A stretch of 64,000 nucleotides of DNA from Trichoplax adhaerens (Eukaryota; Animalia; Placozoa): NCBI RefSeq assembly GCF_000150275.1, contig NW_002060957.1:856445-920444 (forward strand), given 5' to 3'. The notes under the pieces were generated by a model that was not told the origin of the DNA, ran no database searches, and saw only the letters and a list, made by a program, of their open reading frames with translations. This document shows positions 41,301 through 53,547 of the stretch, one piece after another. Every line of letters begins with the position of its first letter. Position 1 is the first letter of the stretch. Position numbers and translations under genes: made by a program.

Positions 41301-44300
41301 ACCACCAGTTGATATCTGTCGTTGAGGAGTCGTATAGAATCTCTCTCCTCAATTAGTTGTTGACTAAATTCATCACAACGGCTGATCAAAGTCTGTCGAG
41401 CCTAGCATTGATAGTTATAACCGAACATAGAAATAATTTCAATATTTTATGGAATTTAAAGAGAATAGAGTTTAAGATTAATCATATATCGGAAGTACTA
41501 TGAATTAAATCTAAATCACTTTCGTACTGTTTATGCAATATAGCAGAAGTATTTATTAAGATTCATCTTATATCGTTGGCATTAATAATCAAATAGTTCG
41601 CATTTAGATAAAATTGTTAATATTTTAAATAATAGGCGGAGAATAGTTCATTTTAAATTAATCTTACATCATTATTAATAACGATCAAATGGTTTTAATC
41701 TATAGTAGATTCGGATAATTTACGTAAACATAAGGAGAGCAGCTATTAGCATGAATCTAACATCATCGATATGAACAATCAAATCTAGATCTTTTTTTTA
41801 ATGTTATGCATTATTAGGAGAGCAGCTAAAGGAATTATTCCGTATCAGAACTAGATGCTGTATAGTAATACAGTCAGTAAACACATACCTCAGTTAAGTG
41901 TTGCTGATGAGCTACATCTTGCTGTCTTTGCACTTCTAGTTTTTGAATACAAGCAGCAGAAATTTCTACAGCTTCCTTGCGAGCATCAATTTCTCGGGTT
42001 AAAGCTTCATTCATCTAAATAAAGGTCAATAAAATATAGTAATTATTCTCAGATTGAATAATTTGGTATTCATATCAGCCAAAATCTGATAGATTCAACT
42101 AGAAAAAGCTAGGATTCAAAAATAATTTTAGATCATAGTATTATCAGAGAAATAGTAACTTTAGTTTTCTTAGCATTTATCGCTTACTTGCTTAAGTAAG
42201 ATATTTTCCTCTGTTGTGTCAGATTGTAATTTTTTGTATTCTTTGTACTTTTTCTCTAATTCCAAGTAATTTAGTTGTAGAATATTGTATTCATGGTTCT
42301 GCTTTCCAATCTGTCGCGATAGCTCACTAATTCTATATGGAACAAGTTGAATAATTTCTATATGAGAATTATACTTATTTTTCTCGTATACCGAGCTAGA
42401 CAGGGAATTAATAACATACTTTTCTAACTGTTGCATTTCTTCCTCAAAATGATTCTTGCTACCTGCATCTTGTCCCCATGCCAAGTTATTTGTTTGATTG
42501 TTTTTAATCAAATTAAGCATTACTTTCTCTGGCTAAAAAGAGCATATAAAAGGGTAACAGTAAAGCTGTTATTCAATTACTAGTTACTTATGTCAGATTC
42601 ATAATTTTAGCATTAGTCATGATTACATCATAATTGACAATAGCAGGAATAATTTGTAGCAAGTAACTGTTGGTAATCAAATGATTAAACTCAACAATAT
42701 ATGCAACAAAGCTATATGATCAATGAAGTGTACCCGGCTAAATTACTAGCTGATTATAACTCTAATCTAGTAAAGGAGAAAATAAGATAACACTCTGAAC
42801 TTTAAGGAAATGTAAGTGCATGTAACTTTAATTTTGCTACACTAGCTCTTACCAGTTGCTCTAACGTTAAATAGGAATTAGATTCAAAATCTTTTTCCTG
42901 ATCGTTCCCCTCAACTTGATCGGCAATTACTGTAGGTGATGTAATTTTTTCGTGATTAGAATGGCGATTGGAGAGCTCTCCTAATTCCAGATTGCGATTA
43001 AATTCTTCCGAATTATAAGGATTACGACTACTTCGATTTAAAGCTGTTGCGGTAGAATTATATGGGATAGCTTGACTTAGATTGTCATTATGGTGCCTTT
43101 GATGGCTTAATGGCGGATAAGAGGGTCGCCACTGCGATGCTTGAGAAGGTTGATTGACCAAATCATGGCTATAATCCGCTTGTGGTAATTCTGTAAAATC
43201 CCGAGTTTGCTGATTGTTTACATCGTTACTTCTAAGGGTAGATTTCAGTTGATGATCGGCCATTTGAAGAATCTGAGATTTCGATTGAAACTTGACATGA
43301 TGGTCAAGTGCAGAATTTTTATTTTCATTTACTAGTTTCTTTAAATTTTCAATTTGTTGCTCTTCATTCAATCTTTTTATTCTAGCCTCATTCTATTCGT
43401 AAAAATGTTGAAGTTATGTCATGATTAGTGTACTAAAATTTGAAATCTAAAGAATCTTATTCCTGTAATGCAGGAAGAATATTTTTGTAATTCAGCTAGC
43501 TAGAATTAAACTCTACAAAAATTGCTCGGAAAATTTTATCATAACTGCATTCAATTTGCACCAAAATAATTTAAGCCTTATGCCATATTTTCCTGATTAG
43601 GTTATTATTATCATTTTGAAGGCAGTTAACTATCAATGAAATAAATGCCAATCAAGAACTTTCATCAGCTAATCTAAAAGTAAATTAATTGTGTAAGTTT
43701 ACATCAATGTGTACCAATCGATGGAATTTGGAAAAATGAACTAGATTATATTTAAGAACATCAATTATAATTGGTATTAACTGTCCGGAACTGAAGGTTC
43801 TTGATACGATAGATGCAATTAGGACTACAGTATTTGCAGCTAAGCTTTTTTCACTTGTTCTCTAGTAATTTTCTACCTGTAAAATGATTAATATCATTTC
43901 GATACAGTATCACTTCTATAGCAGTTATAAACTGCTAAACTATGCATTTCTAAATTTTGAGGCAACTACTTTATCTACAATCAATTGATCTAATTTCGGC
44001 ATGTAGCAATAAAGCATATAGCTTATAAATTCTTAGTTGTGTGCCCACCATTAGTTAAAATTTTCTAAATTTTCAAGTACGACAGTACTCATTTATTAAT
44101 GGCGTAATCCAATTTGTATTAAAATGCCATAAAAAGAACTGCAGTGATATCTTTCAGCAATATACGAATAGCAATAGGTAGTTATGAATGTTTTATATAT
44201 CTAAACTTATTAAGAAAAATTTAAATTATTGCGAAGCTAGCGAACATTTATTAAGTATTAGTTATAGTAAAAAAAATGGGCTATGTCTTTAATCATGTCG

Positions 44301-44966
44301 TTGTATTATGCATAAGTCTTTATAAATTATTCCATCGAGTATCATAACCCGCTATACTCGTAGCCTTTTCATTTAATGTAAAGTAAATTAGCATCTGTTT
44401 ACGCATGACTACGTTAGGTAAATGTCAATATTAAGATCAACTGCGATCTCAAGATTTCAGAAATAATCTTATGATTGCAGATATTATTGATCATCGTCGC
44501 TATGATTCTGTCATTATATGTCAAGAAGCAACTTAAAGTACCTTTAATTGATCGCGAACAGGAGTCATCGTAGATTCTTGCCGAGATGAATAGTTTCCGT
44601 CGTATGCAAGTCTTGAAGGCGTTGGAACTCTTTTCGAATGAGCTAATGGGCTTTGACGATCACGATATGGTGTACTAGCTCTTGTTTCGTAACTGTTGTT
44701 GGATAATTGTCCACTAGATGGAGGTCCTATCATCAATAATATTGAAAGATACATCAATCAGTTTAATGTTAACATTTAACTGGTTCATATTTGATTTTAA
44801 CTTACAAAATTTAGTATATTTCTTGTCTCAAATTAACAGGTCAATATCGTAGATTCAATTTATCATTAATTATACTCGCAGGTTCTATCATGGAAATATG
44901 ATATTACTGGCATTGTATTTTACCTGATGCTGGCGTTTGGTGATTTGTTGTTAAGGAAGTGGACAT
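32333..44966 (-). CDS. Large (>1000 aa) coiled-coil protein, ~30 exons, with Ser/Pro/Gln-rich disordered N- and C-terminal regions; centrosomal/cytoskeletal-like, family not identified
   Basis: Frame-consistent exon chain: ATG at 44966 ([14 protein letters not shown]), 44542-44726, 43392-~42852, ~42533-42188, 42014-41889, 41401-41276, 41191-41024, 40226-40101, 39816-39649 and further exons to a last exon ending ..KLIRRNSVW* (TAG 32333-32335). The central region is E/K/Q/L heptad-rich. Confidence 0.8.
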
Positions 44967-45687
44967 GACTTAATCTAGACTATTAATTTCCCTGATCAAA
45001 TTAAACAATTAAATGAATGATATCAATGTATCTTATGGTTAAAAATCAAATAGTTTAAAAGCTAATATCACAACAATGGGTAATGGATTTCAACATTGCA
45101 ATCACGAGATTCCATGGATGAAAATCAGAGTCGAGTATTAAAAATTACATTGGCTATAATTAAAAACTAGTTTATTCTTTTCTATGCTAAACGATAGATA
45201 AAGCGCTACACTCTCCCTTCTAATCGTAAAAAGAATAGATCAACTTTAAAATTGACCATAAAAGATGATGTTAGGATATTGTAATACTAGTCTTAGAATA
45301 GTCTATAGCAAAATGAATACTTTCGATGAAAAATAGCCTTAAGAAATAAAACTAATTATTCGATAGCAAATTAAAAGTCAAGGAGGGAAAAGTTGAAGAG
45401 GAAGAAAGCTTCCCCCTTTCAAGTACAAATTTTAAAATTATTTACAATTAATCCATTAGATAACAATTTAAATTTTGATTATAAGGAAATGCCATAAACC
45501 AGCTGTAAATTAAATCTGTAGAATCATCATATCGATAAAAGATGATAGGCATACCTTGGAAAGTAGATGATGATAAGCGGTGATGAGAATAGCTATCATG
45601 GAGTTTATGTGTATTATCAGATTTAGCGTCTAACGATGTTGACCGTTAAATAATGCAAATGATAATGAAGTGTTGAAGACTTAATTA

Positions 45688-45697
45688 GTGACGTCAC
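45688..45697. promoter_or_regulatory. CRE/ATF palindrome GTGACGTCAC upstream of the coiled-coil gene's putative 5'UTR exon
   Basis: Perfect 10-bp palindrome ~135 bp upstream of a donor (aag|gtatgc at 45555/45554) that can splice to the acceptor at 44991 just before the ATG. Confidence 0.4.
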
Positions 45698-47488
45698 AGG
45701 CGATGGATAACAATTCAACTAAAATTCTAATTTGACGATCTGGTTGCAAGCCTCCTTCTCTAATTCTTAGACTATTATCAATCGATCAAATGATCGCATA
45801 GAATCAATCTATTTTATTTTTGGATTAAAAAAATGGAATTTTCTTATTTTATTAACATTAAATGTTTATTGCATCCATTAATAATGGAGTGATTCCAGAT
45901 TCCAGTAGTTTTTATGCTACAAAGACGAGATCAGGACTAGTCAATCATTGTGACAAACATCTAAAGATTTGTAACATAATTTGTTTAATTGAATCACTAA
46001 CAATAATCAACTATAAATAATAAACATTGAAGAAGTCTTTGTTTTAACTGAATATAGAGAATTAAAATTAGCCAAAGAACTTAGAAAACAAGAATGTTGT
46101 GAATTGGTTGATGTTTGATTCGAAGAATTGATAGCATTTGAATCGATTTCAATTGTTCAAGAGTTCTTTTGATCATGAAATGCACTGCTTGTAGCTTTAA
46201 TATACCTATGTTGTAGTGTAAATTTAATTCAATTCTTGGCTTACTAGATAAATTAAAAATCAACTCTTCCACTGCTTTAAATACACAACGATTAGACATC
46301 CCATGGCCGGCCATAATAGCCTTCGCAGTTATATACGGACAGCAACTGCAGACTATATGCATTGTAATACTGACGTTGAACAGCACTTATTATTTAATTA
46401 AAAGAGTTACCTACAGAATTTCTTATCATTCTCTTAGTTTCTATCGTTCTTTATTAAGTAATGAGCAGCATTACCATTTCACTACTACAGTTGCTATGTC
46501 TTACCGATATTCGAGCAGAAGCTGATCACTTACTTGAAATAAATCGAAATCCAAGTGTACTGTATTAAAAAAGATTATGAATTAAAACGCATCAGTTTCA
46601 GCACTGTAGAGAATATGTGATAATTTAATCAGGAAGTAATGTCGCTAGTACTGCTAATACAGAAAATTAAATAATCCTGAAATTATCCGAATAGCAACGA
46701 TATTAAACTCAATTCAGATAGTTTCGATATTAATCGGGTATTAGCTGTAACATTAGTAACATTGCATGGGCTAGTTAGGGATCCATTTCGGTAGTAAGTT
46801 CAAGTAATTCTATATTGGTATCTTTTAATCTGTTTAAAGTTAAGGTATTGCAAGAATTAATTAATAGGCGAGAATGATACTTATTACTGATGTAATGATA
46901 ATCGCGTACGTGTTGTAGGTGATAATTTTAGAATATAATTACGTGTTCGATCGTTAAACATTGAACAGATTATAATTATCATTGCAATTAGAATAGAATT
47001 ATCGGCTCATAAATAGAATTAACGGTAGTTTCTATTGTGTAGAAAGACATCAATTATGGCCGTTGCTTAGCCGAATTGACCCGAACATTGCCAACCCTTA
47101 AGTAGCTAGCCTAGCTTGTTAAGCTAATAAACATCATTATCTAGTAATATTGTAAGTTTCTTTTTCGCTGCATCCAAGTGATGTTCTAAAAGCCATAGCG
47201 AATAAATCTCTGTTCGAAGATAACTCTCTTGGTATACACTAATCAGGTCTTCATATGATATTGCAACAACTTTGACTGAACTTTATTTCCAATGCAGTGT
47301 AACGTGCAACATACAATTGATACATATAACTTGCTGCGAAAAGGTTGCTAAAAACTGCTCATCTCACTTCAATTAAAACATACAAGATTTATTACAGTTT
47401 TAGAATCAAAATAATTTTTATATTTTGACCGATGGCGACGGGTAAAAATATGGTTATGACATTTACAATTAGCATTCGAAAAATATTA

Positions 47489-50400
47489 CTACGTCAATGG
47501 GGCAGCCGATATAGAATTAGCTGACGTATTATTTGCTGTTAGCATCATATCAATAACCCCTAATAACTTTCCAAACGATTCATGAAGCCTTGTTTCTTCA
47601 TGAATTTTATCTTTGATCTGTAGAAACAGATTATCTACTTTCGAGGATTGGCCTAAAATCGGTGAGTATATATCTAAATAAGGGAAAAAAATTTTGAATT
47701 CCAGGTTTACTTCATCAATAGAATGATTAAAGTGCTCGTATTATTTTAACACAATCAAACATGAATTACAATAAATCGCAGGCTTACCAAATACAATATT
47801 AGCAACATCAGAAACTAGGGAACTATAGCGCGGATTAGATATATTCCTAATAAGTAAGCAATTGCAAGTTAAGCTTTCACACATGCATCGTTAATATCTA
47901 CAAATAGTTCTCTTTAACTTACTTTTTTATAAAATATAATACAGGTAATAATGCATCTTCATCTCTCCCAGATAAAGCTATAGGTAAGCCATCGCGCCTT
48001 ATTAGTTCTTGTATTACACTGACAATAACAGGCGGGTGATTGCTAGATTTCTATTCATGCAAAAAATACTCTTTATTAGCTACTAATCATTGTAATTTCG
48101 CGCCAAAGTAAAGTACAATAACTGAATGTGATTCTACATCTGTTTAGTATAAAATAAAGCCGGTTACCTTTAAAACGCTATCCAAAGCCTCAGTATACTT
48201 AAACTGACGCAATAGTTTGTCATGTAAAGGCAACCGGGTTAATTTCTTTTCCGCCACAATAACTGCATCCTAGTAATATAGTGTAAACAATGTCTTATTA
48301 GAATCGTTTTACTTTCACCATGATAGTTAAACGTCACCTTTGAGGGGCCTGATTTTCTACTATTAAAGTAACGAACTGTTCGACCCTTTGGTCTCCATTT
48401 AAACTTTGGCAATTCTTGTTTATGTCGTGGTCTTTCCTTGATAGATAATAGTCCGTCGGACATACCAACTACTAAATGGCTATCATCGGGCTAAATAAAA
48501 AATTGATCAATCTTATTATAGCACACATCCACGCAGAATGAGCATAATGCGTAAGATTTAGAAATAGACATATTATGAAATACCGATATGCCTAAACTTG
48601 TTATGGGTGAGGAATAATCCATACTGTGGACAACTTTGTAATCTTTGATATCATATATCTTGACGTGTCTTCAATTGCGAAAGTATTAAAGTGTTCAAAT
48701 ATTACTTTGAAAATTCAATAGCATTTAGGAGAACTACTGATTCTCTAACTTACCTATCTAACGACCCGGATAAAAGTCTTTGCCCACTGTTATCTAAACA
48801 CAAGCATGTAATAGTCTTTTGATGATTTGTAACACCCATCAGTAGGCGTCCACCACCAATAAGGTCCCATACCTTGATATAATTACTTCCTGTAATAGCG
48901 AGACAAGCTTCTATCATAGCTGCTCCTTCGAGACAGATAAGACGCAATAAAATAATATCCTGTTTTGTTCTCACCTGCCGAGATACAAATACTTCCACTA
49001 GGGTAAATTAACACTGCTTCTACAGGAGCTCCATGATCTATAGTCATCGAACTCTTGTCTGTACGCCTGTCCCATAGCTTTAAGGTATGGTCATACGATC
49101 CTATCCAATAAATACAGGATTAATATCAAATCAACCCCTTATTTTGGTACTACTATGTGGTATAATTATAACAACAATGTACTGTAGATAGTTATCGTCG
49201 TATACCAAAACTTTACCTGTTACCCAAACATCGCTGCTAACTCTACTGACATCTCCAGCTCGGATGTAATCCTGGTAAAGGATTATTTTTGCAAAATAAA
49301 TATACATTGAAAAGAGCACATTCGTAGTGATTCAAGTTAAGACTACTATTTGTCTTTCAATCCAGAAATACAGGACATTAAAAATAGATTACCGTATGTT
49401 CATCAAAAATAGCAACTTCTTTTCCAGTGGGTAAATCCCAGCAACGAACTAATTTGTCATCTGAGGCCGAAATAATGTGTAGATTGTTCATTGCGAAACG
49501 GGCTACATGAGCAGCTCTGCAAAATTAGGTGTCATCGAGATCAATACCAATTTAATCAACAGTAAGACGACCAAATTAATAAATCTTGAATACTTTGCTG
49601 ACCTCTTATGACCATGTAATTGTCGTAATACTGTTCTACTATGCGTATCAAATACCTGTATGGGCAGATATTAAGGCAAAATAATACAAGATATTTATCT
49701 TTAATGCAGCTTCATTCAAGAAGGCATTGATTGATTCAACATCAATGCTAGAATTATTTTGTAGTTAGTAAAAAGTATCCTGTACTGTATATACAGCTAT
49801 TCATAATTTTAAATCTAGATCCGAAACAATGATTGAATCGGTCGTGCTACCTGGACTAAACCATCGCCGCTTCCAGCTGTAATTAACTTGCCATCGTAAC
49901 GAAATGTACCGCATAAGGCAGAGTCATGAAACCTCGAAATGGCTTTGTAAACTTGATTACTTGCACAATCGTACAATTGCACCTAATCAATGATCATAAT
50001 CGTGAAGCAGTACATTAAGATTTCAACATTATCATGTTTACTAATATCTACGCGTCTAATCTGACCGCAATGTATTCTACGTGTTCAAAGGAAACAATAA
50101 TTTTGACTACCTTCCATAGTGGTTAAGTATACGCTCGTATAACTGATTATTTTATCCTGTAGAGTAAGGCACAATTACCCAGTTAAGAAGAAGAGAAAAT
50201 AGTGATTTACCTTTGCGGAACAAGTAACAGCGTAGTGATGCGGTAGGACAGGTGAAAAATCGATACATGATATTGCTGAATGTTCTTTGGCCACTATAGG
50301 GAACTGTCATGAAAAACAAGTAAGACCAGAGTGAGAGATTGATGATTGACTGCTATAACTCAGGTAGCAAGTAATATTATTTCCAAGAGCTATCGATTGA

Positions 50401-51478
50401 AATTATTTGTCTTCATCAGCCGTACACGTACGTATACTGTATGTGCAATTGCAACAGGTCTACCTAGGTTGTCGTTCAATCTGTCGAAATCCTTGTTTAC
50501 CAAGCATGCTGAGGTTCAGTAGAGCTGATCAATATGAATCTAGACTGATTGCCAGCCGTTTGCTCAAAGCTTACAGTTAATTACTTGCAACGATTCATTG
50601 ATTGTGCCGTTTCTCACGACGGTCTTGCATACTACTTATATCTGTATCTACAGCGCCAAACTACCTCCCCAATAATATAACCGTAGTCTTGGTTTAGACT
50701 TTTGCAGTGAAAAGGTCTATCAAGTCCCGTGGTAAGTTGTACCGCCCGCCCCGAAATATACAAGGTATGTTGACGTGATCGAGCTCAATCAAGACTAAGT
50801 TTGGACTTGTGCAACTACCAGCATTAGTACTAAGTGTCCATCCAAAGTTGCAATTTGATGGATAAAAATCCTTCATCCATATAAAGCATGCTGAAGATGT
50901 TGAGAGTGCTAGCTTAATACATGTACTCAATACTGTATACGTCGATAAGCTCATTCTTCTACACCAAGCATGATGTAGTTGTTGAGCTGAATGAATAGTG
51001 ATTTGTCTAGACCAGTGCAACTAACTACTCAGTGTCCATCAAGTGGTCTATCGAATGGTAGAGGTTGTACTTTTCTATCCGAATAATCTGCCACTCTTCG
51101 ATACAAAGTGTGGTGAAAAGCTTGAAAGGATCGAGCGTGATCAATCTATCTTTCGTTTGGACTTTAGCAACTACTCAAGCATGCTGAAGTTGTGGAACTT
51201 TATGAATTGCTATTGGTTTAGACTTTGCAACTACACGCCATACCGTCATTCTTCGTCTGTACAAAGAATGCTGAAATTGTCGAGCCTTACATCGATGTAT
51301 CGAGTCGAGTGGATTACTGAAACTACTCAATGTATTTGGAGACAGTCTGTAGAGTGGTCATAATAATGGTAAAATAGAGAAAATGAACCTTATATCCCAT
51401 CCAATAGCTTGATTCACTGCTTTCTTCAACATTGGCTTTAGAGAATTTTTTAATAGGAATCCTTTTAAAGTCCGCCAT
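47489..51478 (-). CDS. UTP15: U3 snoRNA-associated protein 15 (WD40 + UTP15 C-terminal domain)
   Basis: Exon 1 (51389-51478) [22 protein letters not shown]; exon 2 (50211-50303) [27 protein letters not shown]; exon 3 ..[23 protein letters not shown]; later [51 protein letters not shown]; C-terminus ..[16 protein letters not shown]. Confidence 0.95.
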
Positions 51479-53547
51479 GACGTCGTGAGTAGAATGGCTT
51501 TACTGCATCCACATTTGTTGTAATCAATGGACCAAAGTGATCGTTGCACGGCACGATCGATCCAACCTAGCTGGACAAAATGGTCAATTGTATCTGGTTG
51601 CTATCGATACAGTAGCAATTTGAGCTTGAAAGTTTTGATAAAATAGTCGTTAATTGAAGAGAATGACGATGGCAGCCGGTTTGAGCTGGAATCGATTGGC
51701 CACTTTCAATTTTCGATCCACTTGACCAGTCCAAAGTAGGATGTGATCGATGGCCAAAATGCTACAAGCTCTATCACTTCCAACACACCACTCGTACTAA
51801 GCAAAAGAATGTAGTAGGAAGAAGAAGTAAATTGAGTGCAAGCTGCTAAGGTAAAAATCAATGTTAGCTCCTTGTTGGATAGCAATTTGACCTTAGCAAT
51901 GGCTGCCGCTGGCAAGGCTTTGATGAACCTCAACGACTGACTTGTCCGTGCAGGTCACTGTTAGTCCTAGCTTCAGTCACGCTCTCTCGAGCTTCCTTCA
52001 AGGCCTTTCAAACGCTCTCGATCGCGGTCCGGTCCGATCCGGTCCGGTCCCTACTGGTCTCCACAGTCTCGATATAGTGCTCGTAGTAGGCTTTGACACA
52101 GTACTTTGCAGCGGATACACTGGGTGCCATGTGCGTTTGAAACGGTACCGTACTGTCAAAGAGATGATGGTAGAAACCGCCCAGTTGTCGTGTACAGTGT
52201 ACAGTGTACAGTACTGTACTCTAGTAGCAGGTACTGTACTTTCTGACAACTGAACCGTAGTCACGTGTACGCGTTGTGACTCTACTGTACAGTACAGTGT
52301 ACAGTAGAGTCACAGTCGCAGTCGAAAGAGGAATTCTACAGCATTCGATGGACTGTATCGATGCACTGAACTACTGTCATTTGGGCAATAGAAACATCCA
52401 CATGTACACTGTACACTACGTTTCTCAGCTGGACTAGAAATCTATCAAGAACCATTTTTAAAATCGTTGTGTAATTCGACAGTCTGTATTCGGCCATTAC
52501 TATTGCCAATATTCGAGTGTCAGACTGTCACTGTACACTGTACAGTAGTGTGCTGTACGGTACAGTGTACAGTATGTTACCTACAGTACTATGTACCCTC
52601 AGAGTACAGTATACAGTAGTGTGCTGTACTGTACAGTGTACAGTATGTTACCTACCGTACTGTGTACCCTCAGAGTACAGTACCGTACTGTACAATGTGT
52701 ACATTAGTACAGTATGTTTAGTTACTTTAGTATAGTCTTGTTTGGTCAGCCAAGACAAGAAGGACAACTTCTGTCCGTCCGAGGGAAAGGCACACCTCCA
52801 GTATGATTAATAATAGACTAAGAAGGGATAGAATTCGATCCTCTTCCTTTCCACTCCAAATACTCCATTCTAGAAAGAGTCCACTTTGTCATAGACTTTA
52901 CAAACAACAGCAGTATACCATAGGCTGACTAGTGACCATTTCACTAAAAAGTAGATCATGATCAAACGATTCCAATATACTAGTGAAGTTAGCTTGCCAA
53001 CATGCGATTTGCCAATCCTCCACTCTCTGCCCATAGTCCAGCTGTCCGTCTGTGATGAAAGCAGTCATGACGTCATCTTGGGCTAGACTGGACTGGACTT
53101 TACTACCTAGGACCAGCCAATGGACAAACTACAATCGTATGGCTTCTACTACGTCAAGGAGAATCAGTATAGGCTGGCTAGAGGAACTCCAACCTAGCGG
53201 TGTAATAGACTTTGTTTTCTATCACGAGATATCCAGTTGCGAGTCCTGATGGTGATGGTCGGTGGGCAATTTAGTTTAGATTCTTCACTTTTAAACTAAA
53301 ATTGAATCCTTTCCACTTGCTTGCTATTATCAATCCGATATCCTGTTGTAGTCTTTGACGATCTAGAGTAGAACAAGTAGCCTTGATAGAGAGCGATCAA
53401 GAGTACAACGAATAACCTTGGTAGTGGTGTCCTGGATTGCCAGAGTGAAAAATTAGTGTCCATTTTCCGGGAAAGAAGAAAAGCGACCTTAGTGGATTAA
53501 CGGTACCCAAATTGGATCAAGAGAGAATGCTTCCCACGGTCAAGAAT
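51479..53547. promoter_or_regulatory. Divergent (bidirectional) promoter region between UTP15 and V-ATPase a
   Basis: Head-to-head start codons ~2.07 kb apart, locally higher GC/CpG, an E-box GTCACGTG (52260), a CRE TGACGTCA (53068-53075), GGTCC pentamer repeats (~52026-52050) and TACAGT-type repeats. Confidence 0.55.
52185..52715. repeat. TACAGT/ACTGTA-based low-complexity repeat, including a 71-bp direct tandem duplication (52541-52682)
   Basis: Runs such as gtacagtgtacagtgtacagtactgtac and tactgtacagtacagtgtacagt. The unit tacagtagtgtgctgtac..gtaccctcagagtacagta starts at both 52541 and 52612. Confidence 0.85.

Noticed and set aside
43830-43877. Extra exon in the coiled-coil gene
   Set aside because: It has an in-frame stop in the required phase, and exons 44542 and 43392 join in frame without it.
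46081-46386. 101-aa minus-strand ORF between UTP15 and the coiled-coil gene
   Set aside because: GTG start, no splice context and no recognisable similarity.
51706-52735. ORFs of 72-103 aa in the promoter region
   Set aside because: They are products of low-complexity TACAGT/GGTCC repeats or higher GC, have non-ATG starts, and show no recognisable protein features.
53285-53463. Minus-strand ATG (MDTNFSLWQSRTPLP) as UTP15 exon 1
   Set aside because: The true UTP15 N-terminus is at 51389-51478, and this frame soon hits stops.
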